DNA of 64,000 nucleotides from the human T2T-CHM13v2.0 reference genome, Homo sapiens. Both the position numbers and the translations under genes were made by a program. Location: NCBI RefSeq assembly GCF_009914755.1, contig NC_060939.1, one strand, 5' to 3'. The notes beneath the pieces were generated by a model. The model saw only the letters and a list, made by a program, of their open reading frames with translations, did no database searches and had not been told where the DNA came from. Position 1 is the first letter of the stretch, and every line of letters begins with the position of its first letter. Positions 27,939 through 40,502 of this stretch are shown here, piece by piece.

Positions 27939-29717
27939 TTGAGTCCATTCAATTCCATTCCTTTCGTTTCCATTCCATTTGATGCCATTCCATTCAATTC
28001 TGTTCTACTCGACTCCAATACATTCAATTCCATTCCATCCGATTCCATTACATTCTTTTCATTTCTTATCCATTTCAAGCCATTCCACTCCATTCCATTC
28101 CACTCGTTTCCGTTCCATTCGAGTCCATTCCTCTCCAGTCCATTCCGTTCAATCCATTCCATTCCAGTCCATTCCATTCGAGTCCGTTCCATTCCAGTCC
28201 ATTCCATTCGAGTCAATTCCATTCCATTCGATGTCTTTCCATAACGATCCATTCCATTCTATTCCTTTCGATTCCATTCCATTCTATTTCATTCCATTCG
28301 ATTCCCTTCCATTGGACTCCTTTCCATTCGAGTGCATTCCATTCCGTTCCATTTCTTTCCGTTCTGTACGATTCCTACCGTTCGATTTCATTTTGTTCCA
28401 GTCCATTCCTTTCGCGTCCATTCCATTCCATTTCACTCCATTCGATTCCATTCCACTCGATTCCACTTCGTTCCATTTCATTGCATTCCATTCTATTCAA
28501 CTCTATTGCCTTCCATTCCATTCCATTCGATTACATTCCATGCGATTCCATTCGAAATCAAATCAATTACATTGCAAACCATTACTATTGAGTCCGTTTT
28601 ATTCCAGTCCACTGCATTCTGGTCCATTCCATTTGATTCCATTCCATTCTTTTCCATTCCATACAGTTGCATTCCATTGGATTCCATGCTATATCTATAA
28701 ATTCAATTCGAGACCATTGCTTTTGAGTCCATTCTATATGGTTCCATTCCATTCAAGTCCATTACATTTGGTTCAATTCCATTCCATTCCATTCCCTTTC
28801 ATTCCATTCCATTTGATATCAATCCATTCGATTCCATTCCATTCGAGCACATTCCATTCGAGTCCATTCCATTCGATGCCATTCCATTTGATTCTATTCC
28901 ATTAGTCTCCATTCAATTCCATTAATCTCCATTCCATTCCATTCTACTCCAACTGATTCCATTACATTCTATTCCTTTCCATTCCATTTCATTCCATTCC
29001 ATTCCATTCCATTCCATTCCATTCCATTCGTGTCCATTCCACTCCAGTCCATTCCATTCGTGTCCATTCCATTCCAGTCCATTCCATTTGTGTCCACTGC
29101 ATTCCATTCCACTCCATTCCATATTATTCCATTACACTCCATTCCATTCTATTACTTTCATTTCCATTCAATTCCATTCCATTTGATTCCATTCCACTCG
29201 GTTTCATTCCATTTGAGTCCACTCCATTCCATTCCATTCCATTCCATTCAGTTCCATTCCATTCCGTTCCATTACATTCCATTCCATTCGGTACCATTCC
29301 ATATTGTTCCATTCGATTCCATTCGAATCCATTCCATTCCAGTCCATTCCATTCGATTCCATTCCATTCATTTCAATTCCATTCCATTCCATTCCATTCC
29401 ATTCCACTTGATTCCTCTCCATTCCCTTCCACTGCATTCCGTTCGATTCCATTCCATTGCATTGCATTCCATTCCATTGGATTGCATTCCATTCGATTCC
29501 ATTCCATTCGAATCAATTACATAGCAATCCATTACATTCGAGTCTATTCTATTCCGTTCCATTCGATTTCGTTCCAATCCATTCGATTCCATTCCATTCG
29601 ATTCCATTCCATACTATTGCATTCCATTCGATTACATTATATTCGAATAAGTTCCATTCAAGACCATTTCTTTTGAGTCCATTCTATTTGAGTCCATTCC
29701 CTTTGATTCCATAACAT
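27939..29717 (+). repeat. Type-B unit (1779 bp)
   Basis: B markers plus CGTTTCCGTT, CATTCTTTTC and GAAATCAAATC. Confidence 0.9.
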
Positions 29718-31510
29718 TTGAGTCCATTCAATTCCATTCCTTTCGTTTCCATTCCATTTGATGCCATTCCATTCAATTCTGTTCTACTCGACTCCAATAC
29801 ATTCAATTCCATTCCATCCGATTCCATTACATTCTTTTCATTTCTTATCCATTTCAAGCCATTCCACTCCATTCCATTCCACTCGTTTCCTTTCCATTCG
29901 AGTCCATTCCTCTCCAGTCCATTCCGTTCAATCCATTCCATTCCAGTCCATTCCATTCGAGTCCGTTCCATTCCAGTCCATTCCATTCGAGTCAATTCCA
30001 TTCCATTCGATGTCTTTCCATAACGATCCATTCCATTCTATTCCTTTCGATTCCATTCCATTCTATTTCATTTCATTCGATTCCCTTCCATTGGACTCCT
30101 TTCCATTCGAGTGCATTCCATTCCGTTCCATTTCTTTCCGTTCTGTACGATTCCTACCGTTCGATTTCATTTTGTTCCAGTCCATTCTTTCGCGTCCATT
30201 CCATTCCATTTCACTCCATTCGATTCCATTCCACTCGATTCCACTTCGTTCCATTTCATTGCATTCCATTCTATTCAACTCTATTGCCTTCCATTCCATT
30301 CCATTCGATTACATTCCATGCGATTCCATTCGAAATCGAATCAATTACATTGCAATCCATTACTATTGAGTCCGTTTTATTCCAGTCCACTGCATTCTGG
30401 TCCATTCCATTTGATTCCATTCCATTCTATTCCATTCCATACAGTTGCATTCCATTGGATTCCATGCTATATCTATAAATTCAATTCGAGACCATTGCTT
30501 TTGAGTCCATTCTATATGATTCCATTCCATTCAAGTCCATTACATTTGGTTAAATTCCATTCCATTCGGTTCAATTCCATTCCATTCCATTCCCTTCCAT
30601 TCCATTCCAGTTGATATCAATCCATTCGATTCCATTCCATTCGAGCACATTCCATTCGAGTCCATTCCATTCGATGCCATTCCATTTGATTCTATTCCAT
30701 TAGTCTCCATTCAATTCCATTAATCTCCATTCCATTCCATTCTACTCCAACTGATTCCATTCCATTCTATTCCTTTTTATTCCATTTCATTCCATTCCAT
30801 TCCATTCCATTCGTGTCCATTCCACTCCAGTCCATTCCATTCGTATCCATTCCATTCCAGTCCATTCCATTTGTGTCCACTGCATTCCATTCAACTCCAT
30901 TCCATATTATTCCATTACACTCCATTCCATTCTATTACTTTCATTTCCATTCAATTCCATTCCATTTGATTCCATTCCACTCGGTTTCATTCCATTTGAG
31001 TCCACTCCATTCCATTCCATTCCATTCAGTTCCATTCCATTCTGTTCCATTCCATTCCGTTCCATTACATTCCATTCCATTCGGTACCATTCCATATTGT
31101 TCCATTCGATTCCATTCGAATCCATTCCATTCCAGTCCATTCCATTCGATTCCATTCCATTCATTTCAATTCCATTCCATTCCATTCCATTACATTCCAC
31201 TTGATTCCTCTCCATTCCCTTCCACTGCATTCCGTTCGATTCCATTCCATTGCATTGCATTCCATTCCATTGGATTGCATTCCATTCGATTCCATTCCAT
31301 TCGAATCAATTACATAGCAATCCATTACATTCGAGTCTATTCTCTTCCGTTCCATTCGATTTCGTTCCAATCCATTCGATTCCATTCCATTCGATTCCAT
31401 TCCATACTATTGCATTCCATTCGATTACATTATATTCGAATAAGTTCCATTCAAGACCATTTCTTTTGAGTCCATTCTATTTGAGTCCATTCCCTTTGAT
31501 TCCATAACAT

Positions 31511-33289
31511 TTGAGTCCATTCAATTCCATTCCTTTCGTTTCCATTCCATTTGATGCCATTCCATTCAATTCTGTTCTACTCGACTCCAATACATTCAAT
31601 TCCATTCCATCCGATTCCATTACATTCTTTTCATTTCTTATCCATTTCAAGCCATTCCACTCCATTCCATTCCACTCGTTTCCGTTCCATTCGAGTCCAT
31701 TCCTCTCCAGTCCATTCCGTTCAATCCATTCCATTCCAGTCCATTCCATTCGAGTCCGTTCCATTCCAGTCCATTCCATTCGAGTCAATTCCATTCCATT
31801 CGATGTCTTTCCATAACGATCCATTCCATTCTATTCCTTTCGATTCCATTCCATTCTATTTCATTCCATTCGATTCCCTTCCATTGGACTCCTTTCCATT
31901 CGAGTGCATTCCATTCCGTTCCATTTCTTTCCGTTCTGTACGATTCCTACCGTTCGATTTCATTTTGTTCCAGTCCATTCCTTTCGCGTCCATTCCATTC
32001 CATTTCACTCCATTCGATTCCATTCCACTCGATTCCACTTCGTTCCATTTCATTGCATTCCATTCTATTCAACTCTATTGCCTTCCATTCCATTCCATTC
32101 GATTACATTCCATGCGATTCCATTCGAAATCAAATCAATTACATTGCAAACCATTACTATTGAGTCCGTTTTATTCCAGTCCACTGCATTCTGGTCCATT
32201 CCATTTGATTCCATTCCATTCTTTTCCATTCCATACAGTTGCATTCCATTGGATTCCATGCTATATCTATAAATTCAATTCGAGACCATTGCTTTTGAGT
32301 CCATTCTATATGATTCCATTCCATTCAAGTCCATTACATTTGGTTCAATTCCATTCCATTCCATTCCCTTTCATTCCATTCCATTTGATATCAATCCATT
32401 CGATTCCATTCCATTCGAGCACATTCCATTCGAGTCCATTCCATTCGATGCCATTCCATTTGATTCTATTCCATTAGTCTCCATTCAATTCCATTAATCT
32501 CCATTCCATTCCATTCTACTCCAACTGATTCCATTACATTCTATTCCTTTCCATTCCATTTCATTCCATTCCATTCCATTCCATTCCATTCCATTCCATT
32601 CGTGTCCATTCCACTCCAGTCCATTCCATTCGTGTCCATTCCATTCCAGTCCATTCCATTTGTGTCCACTGCATTCCATTCCACTCCATTCCATATTATT
32701 CCATTACACTCCATTCCATTCTATTACTTTCATTTCCATTCAATTCCATTCCATTTGATTCCATTCCACTCGGTTTCATTCCATTTGAGTCCACTCCATT
32801 CCATTCCATTCCATTCCATTCAGTTCCATTCCATTCCGTTCCATTACATTCCATTCCATTCGGTACCATTCCATATTGTTCCATTCGATTCCATTCGAAT
32901 CCATTCCATTCCAGTCCATTCCATTCGATTCCATTCCATTCATTTCAATTCCATTCCATTCCATTCCATTCCATTCCACTTGATTCCTCTCCATTCCCTT
33001 CCACTGCATTCCGTTCGATTCCATTCCATTGCATTGCATTCCATTCCATTGGATTGCATTCCATTCGATTCCATTCCATTCGAATCAATTACATAGCAAT
33101 CCATTACATTCGAGTCTATTCTATTCCGTTCCATTCGATTTCGTTCCAATCCATTCGATTCCATTCCATTCGATTCCATTCCATACTATTGCATTCCATT
33201 CGATTACATTATATTCGAATAAGTTCCATTCAAGACCATTTCTTTTGAGTCCATTCTATTTGAGTCCATTCCCTTTGATTCCATAACAT
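31511..33289 (+). repeat. Type-B unit (1779 bp)
   Basis: B markers plus CGTTTCCGTT, CATTCTTTTC and GAAATCAAATC. Confidence 0.9.
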
Positions 33290-36200
33290 TTGAGTCCATT
33301 CAATTCCATTCCTTTCGTTTCCATTCCATTTGATGCCATTCCATTCAATTCTGTTCTACTCGACTCCAATACATTCAATTCCATTCCATCCGATTCCATT
33401 ACATTCTTTTCATTTCTTATCCATTTCAAGCCATTCCACTCCATTCCATTCCACTCGTTTCCTTTCCATTCGAGTCCATTCCTCTCCAGTCCATTCCATT
33501 CAATCCATTCCATTCCAGTCCATTCCATTCGAGTCCGTTCCATTCCAGTCCATTCCATTCGAGTCAATTCCATTCCATTCGATGTCTTTCCATAACGATC
33601 CATTCCATTCTATTCCTTTCGATTCCATTCCATTCTATTTCATTCCATTCGATTCCCTTCCATTGGACTCCTTTCCATTCGAGTGCATTCCATTCCGTTC
33701 CATTTCTTTCCGTTCTGTACGATTCCTACAGTTCGATTTCATTTTCTCCCAGTCCATTCTTTCGCGTCCATTCCATTCCATTTCACTCCATTCGATTCCA
33801 TTCCACTCGATTCCACTTCGTTCCATTTCATTGCATTCCATTCTATTCAACTCTATTGCCTTCCATTCCATTCCATTCGATTACATTCCATGCGATTCCA
33901 TTCGAAATCGAATCAATTACATTGCAATCCATTACTATTGAGTCCGTTTTATTCCAGTCCACTGCATTCTGGTCCATTCCATTTGATTCCATTCCATTCT
34001 ATTCCATTCCATACAGTTGCATTCCATTGGATTCCATGCTATATCTATAAATTCAATTCGAGACCATTGCTTTTGAGTCCATTCTATATGATTCCATTCC
34101 ATTCAAGTCCATTACATTTGGTTAAATTCCATTCCATTCGGTTCAATTCCATTCCATTCCATTCCCTTCCATTCCATTCCAGTTGATATCAATCCATTCG
34201 ATTCCATTCCATTCGAGCACATTCCATTCGAGTCCATTCCATTCGATGCCATTCCATTTGATTCTATTCCATTAGTCTCCATTCAATTCCATTAATCTCC
34301 ATTCCATTCCATTCTACTCCAACTGATTCCATTCCATTCTATTCCTTTCCATTCCATTTCATTCCATTCCATTCCATTCCATTCCATTCCATTCCATTCC
34401 ATTCGTGTCCATTCCACTCCAGTCCATTCCATTCGTATCCATTCCATTCCAGTCCATTCCATTTGTGTCCACTGCATTCCATTCCACTCCATTCCATATT
34501 ATTCCATTACACTCCATTCCATTCTATTACTTTCATTTCCATTCAATTCCATTCCATTTGATTCCATTCCACTCGGTTTCATTCCATTTGAGTCCACTAC
34601 ATTCCATTCCATTCCATTCAGTTCCATTCCATTCTGTTCCATTCCATTCCGTTCCATTACATTCCATTCCATTCGGTACCATTCCATATTGTTCCATTCG
34701 ATTCCATTCGAATCCATTCCATTCCAGTCCATTCCATTCGATTCCATTCCATTCATTTCAATTCCATTCCATTCCATTCCATTACATTCCACTTGATTCC
34801 TCTCCATTCCCTTCCACTGCATTCCGTTCGATTCCATTCCATTGCATTGCATTCCATTCCATTGGATTGCATTCCATTCGATTCCATTCCATTCGAATCA
34901 ATTACATAGCAATCCATTACATTCGAGTCTATTCTCTTCCGTTCCATTCGATTTCGTTCCAATCCATTCGATTCCATTCCATTCGATTCCATTCCATACT
35001 ATTGCATTCCATTCGATTACATTATATTCGAATAAGTTCCATTCAAGACCATTTCTTTTGAGTCCATTCTATTTGAGTCCATTCCCTTTGATTCCATAAC
35101 ATTTGAGTCCATTCAATTCCATTCCTTTCGTTTCCATTCCATTTGATGCCATTCCATTCAATTCTGTTCTACTCGACTCCAATACATTCAATTCCATTCC
35201 ATCCGATTCCATTACATTCTTTTCATTTCTTATCCATTTCAAGCCATTCCACTCCATTCCATTCCACTCGTTTCCTTTCCATTCGAGTCCATTCCTCTCC
35301 AGTCCATTCCGTTCAATCCATTCCATTCCAGTCCATTCCATTCGAGTCCGTTCCATTCCAGTCCATTCCATTCGAGTCAATTCCATTCCATTCGATGTCT
35401 TTCCATAACGATCCATTCCATTCTATTCCTTTCGATTCCATTCCATTCTATTTCATTCCATTCGATTCCCTTCCATTGGACTCCTTTCCATTCGAGTGCA
35501 TTCCATTCCGTTCCATTTCTTTCCGTTCTGTACGATTCCTACCGTTCGATTTCATTTTGTTCCAGTCCATTCTTTCGCGTCCATTCCATTCCATTTCACT
35601 CCATTCGATTCCATTCCACTCGATTCCACTTCGTTCCATTTCATTGCATTCCATTCTATTCAACTCTATTGCCTTCCATTCCATTCCATTCGATTACATT
35701 CCATGCGATTCCATTCGAAATCGAATCAATTACATTGCAATCCATTACTATTGAGTCCGTTTTATTCCAGTCCACTGCATTCTGGTCCATTCCATTTGAT
35801 TCCATTCCATTCTATTCCATTCCATACAGTTGCATTCCATTGGATTCCATGCTATATCTATAAATTCAATTCGAGACCATTGCTTTTGAGTCCATTCTAT
35901 ATGATTCCATTCCATTCAAGTCCATTACATTTGGTTAAATTCCATTCCATTCGGTTCAATTCCATTCCATTCCATTCCCTTCCATTCCATTCCAGTTGAT
36001 ATCAATCCATTCGATTCCATTCCATTCGAGCACATTCCATTCGAGTCCATTCCATTCGATGCCATTCCATTTGATTCTATTCCATTAGTCTCCATTCAAT
36101 TCCATTAATCTCCATTCCATTCCATTCTACTCCAACTGATTCCATTCCATTCTATTCCTTTCCATTCCATTTCATTCCATTCCATTCCATTCCATTCCAT

Positions 36201-38718
36201 TCCATTCCATTCGTGTCCATTCCACTCCAGTCCATTCCATTCGTATCCATTCCATTCCAGTCCATTCCATTTGTGTCCACTGCATTCCATTCCACTCCAT
36301 TCCATATTATTCCATTACACTCCATTCCATTCTATTACTTTCATTTCCATTCAATTCCATTCCATTTGATTCCATTCCACTCGGTTTCATTCCATTTGAG
36401 TCCACTCCATTCCATTCCATTCCATTCAGTTCCATTCCATTCTGTTCCATTCCATTCCGTTCCATTACATTCCATTCCATTCGGTACCATTCCATATTGT
36501 TCCATTCGATTCCATTCGAATCCATTCCATTCCAGTCCATTCCATTCGATTCCATTCCATTCATTTCAATTCCATTCCATTCCATTCCATTACATTCCAC
36601 TTGATTCCTCTCCATTCCCTTCCACTGTATTCCGTTCGATTCCATTCCATTGCATTGCATTCCATTCCATTGGATTGCATTCCATTCGATTCCATTCCAT
36701 TCGAATCAATTACATAGCAATCCATTACATTCGAGTCTATTCTATTCCGTTCCATTCGATTTCGTTCCAATCCATTCGATTCCATTCCATTCGATTCCAT
36801 TCCATACTATTGCATTCCATTCTATTACATTATATTCGAATAAGTTCCATTCAAGACCATTTCTTTTGAGTCCATTCTATTTGAGTCCATTCCCTTTGAT
36901 TCCATAACATTTGAGTCCATTCAATTCCATTCCTTTCGTTTCCATTCCATTTGATGCCATTCCATTCAATTCTGTTCTACTCGACTCCAATACATTCAAT
37001 TCCATTCCATCCGATTCCATTACATTCTTTTCATTTCTTATCCATTTCAAGCCATTCCACTCCATTCCATTCCACTCGTTTCCTTTCCATTCGAGTCCAT
37101 TCCTCTCCAGTCCATTCCGTTCAATCCATTCCATTCCAGTCCATTCCATTCGAGTCCGTTCCATTCCAGTCCATTCCATTCGAGTCAATTCCATTCTATT
37201 CGATGTCTTTCCATAACGATCCATTCCATTATATTCCTTTCGATTCCATTCCATTCTATTTCATTCCATTCGATTCCCTTCCATTGGACTCCTTTCCATT
37301 CGAGTGCATTCCATTCCGTTCCATTTCTTTCCGTTCTGTACGATTCCTACCGTTCGATTTCATTTTGTTCCAGTCCATTCTTTCGCGTCCATTCCATTCC
37401 ATTTCACTCCATTCGATTCCATTCCACTCGATTCCACTTCGTTCCATTTCATTGCATTCCATTCTATTCAACTCTATTGCCTTCCATTCCATTCCATTCG
37501 ATTACATTCCATGCGATTCCATTCGAAATCGAATCAATTACATTGCAATCCATTACTATTGAGTCCGTTTTATTCCAGTCCACTGCATTCTGGTCCATTC
37601 CATTTGATTCCATTCCATTCTATTCCATTCCATACAGTTGCATTCCATTGGATTCCATGCTATATCTATAAATTCAATTCGAGACCATTGCTTTTGAGTC
37701 CATTCTATATGATTCCATTCCATTCAAGTCCATTACATTTGGTTAAATTCCATTCCATTCGGTTCAATTCCATTCCATTCCATTCCCTTCCATTCCATTC
37801 CAGTTGATATCAATCCATTCGATTCCATTCCATTCGAGCACATTCCATTCGAGTCCATTCCATTCGATGCCATTCCATTTGATTCTATTCCATTAGTCTC
37901 CATTCAATTCCATTAATCTCCATTCCATTCCATTCTACTCCAACTGATTCCATTCCATTCTATTCCTTTCCATTCCATTTCATTCCATTCCATTCCATTC
38001 CATTCCATTCCATTCCATTCGTGTCCATTCCACTCCAGTCCATTCCATTCGTATCCATTCCATTCCAGTCCATTCCATTTGTGTCCACTGCATTCCATTC
38101 CACTCCATTCCATATTATTCCATTACACTCCATTCCATTCTATTACTTTCATTTCCATTCAATTCCATTCCATTTGATTCCATTCCACTCGGTTTCATTC
38201 CATTTGAGTCCACTCCATTCCATTCCATTCCATTCAGTTCCATTCCATTCTGTTCCATTCCATTCCGTTCCATTACATTCCATTCCATTCGGTACCATTC
38301 CATATTGTTCCATTCGATTCCATTCGAATCCATTCCATTCCAGTCCATTCCATTCGATTCCATTCCATTCATTTCAATTCCATTCCATTCCATTCCATTA
38401 CATTCCACTTGATTCCTCTCCATTCCCTTCCACTGCATTCCGTTCGATTCCATTCCATTGCATTGCATTCCATTCCATTGGATTGCATTCCATTCGATTC
38501 CATTCCATTCGAATCAATTACATAGCAATCCATTACATTCGAGTCTATTCTCTTCCGTTCCATTCGATTTCGTTCCAATCCATTCGATTCCATTCCATTC
38601 GATTCCATTCCATACTATTGCATTCCATTCGATTACATTATATTCGAATAAGTTCCATTCAAGACCATTTCTTTTGAGTCCATTTTATTTGAGTCCATTC
38701 CCTTTGATTCCATAACAT

Positions 38719-40502
38719 TTGAGTCCATTCAATTCCATTCCTTTCGTTTCCATTCCATTTGATGCCATTCCATTCAATTCTGTTCTACTCGACTCCAATA
38801 CATTCAATTCCATTCCATCCGATTCCATTACATTCTTTTCATTTCTTATCCATTTCAAGCCATTCCACTCCATTCCATTCCACTCGTTTCCTTTCCATTC
38901 GAGTCCATTCCTCTCCAGTCCATTCCGTTCAATCCATTCCATTCCAGTCCATTCCATTCGAGTCCGTTCCATTCCAGTCCATTCCATTCGAGTCAATTCC
39001 ATTCCATTCGATGTCTTTCCATAACGATCCATTCCATTCTATTCCTTTCGATTCCATTCCATTCTATTTCATTCCATTCGATTCCCTTCCATTGGACTCC
39101 TTTCCATTCGAGTGCATTCCATTCCGTTCCATTTCTTTCCGTTCTGTACGATTCCTACCGTTCGATTTCATTTTGTTCCAGTCCATTCCTTTCGCGTCCA
39201 TTCCATTCCATTTCACTCCATTCGATTCCATTCCACTCGATTCCACTTCGTTCCATTTCATTGCATTCCATTCTATTCAACTCTATTGCCTTCCATTCCA
39301 TTCCATTCGATTACATTCCATGCGATTCCATTCGACATCGAATCAATTACATTGCAAACCATTACTATTGAGTCCGTTTTATTCCAGTCCACTGCATTCT
39401 GGTCCATTCCATTTGATTCCATTCCATTCTATTCCATTCCATACAGTTGCATTCCATTGGATTCCATGCTATATCTATAAATTCAATTCGAGACCATTGC
39501 TTTTGAGTCCATTCTATATGATTCCATTCCATTCAAGTCCATTACATTTGGTTCAATTCCATTCCATTCCATTCCCTTTCATTCCATTCCATTTGATATC
39601 AATCCATTCGATTCCATTCCATTCGAGCACATTCCATTCGAGTCCATTCCATTCGATGCCATTCCATTTGATTCTATTCCATTAGTCTCCATTCAATTCC
39701 ATTAATCTCCATTCCATTCCATTCTACTCCAACTGATTCCATTACATTCTATTCCTTTCCATTCCATTTCATTCCATTCCATTCCATTCCATTCCATTCC
39801 ATTCCATTCCATTCGTGTCCATTCCACTCCAGTCCATTCCATTCGTGTCCATTCCATTCCAGTCCATTCCATTTGTGTCCACTGCATTCCATTCCACTCC
39901 ATTCCATATTATTCCATTACACTCCATTCCATTCTATTACTTTCATTTCCATTCAATTCCATTCCATTTGATTCCATTCCACTCGGTTTCATTCCATTTG
40001 AGTCCACTCCATTCCATTCCATTCCATTCCATTCAGTTCCATTCCATTCCGTTCCATTACATTGCATTCCATTCGGTACCATTCCATATTGTTCCATTCG
40101 ATTCCATTCGAATCCATTCCATTCCAGTCCATTCCATTCGATTCCATTCCATTCATTTCAATTCCATTCCATTCCATTCCATTCCATTCCACTTGATTCC
40201 TCTCCATTCCCTTCCACTGCATTCCGTTCGATTCCATTCCATTGCATTGCATTCCATTCCATTGGATTGCATTCCATTCGATTCCATTCCATTCGAATCA
40301 ATTACATAGCAATCCATTACATTCGAGTCTATTCTATTCCGTTCCATTCGATTTCGTTCCAATCCATTCGATTCCATTCCATTCGATTCCATTCCATACT
40401 ATTGCATTCCATTCGATTACATTATATTCGAATAAGTTCCATTCAAGACCATTTCTTTTGAGTCCATTCTATTTGAGTCCATTCCCTTTGATTCCATAAC
40501 AT
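38719..40502 (+). repeat. Type-B unit (1784 bp; one extra pentamer in the micro-VNTR)
   Basis: All B markers plus a private GACATCGAATC near 39334. Confidence 0.9.

Noticed and set aside
26146-33289. 3572-bp period resembling the ~3.6-kb DYZ1 (Yq12) unit
   Set aside because: It is a local dimer of two 1.8-kb units. The fundamental period in the window is 1.8 kb, and there is no regular HaeIII/EcoRI 3.6-kb periodicity (EcoRI seen only sporadically at 351, 41262, 46601, 59745).
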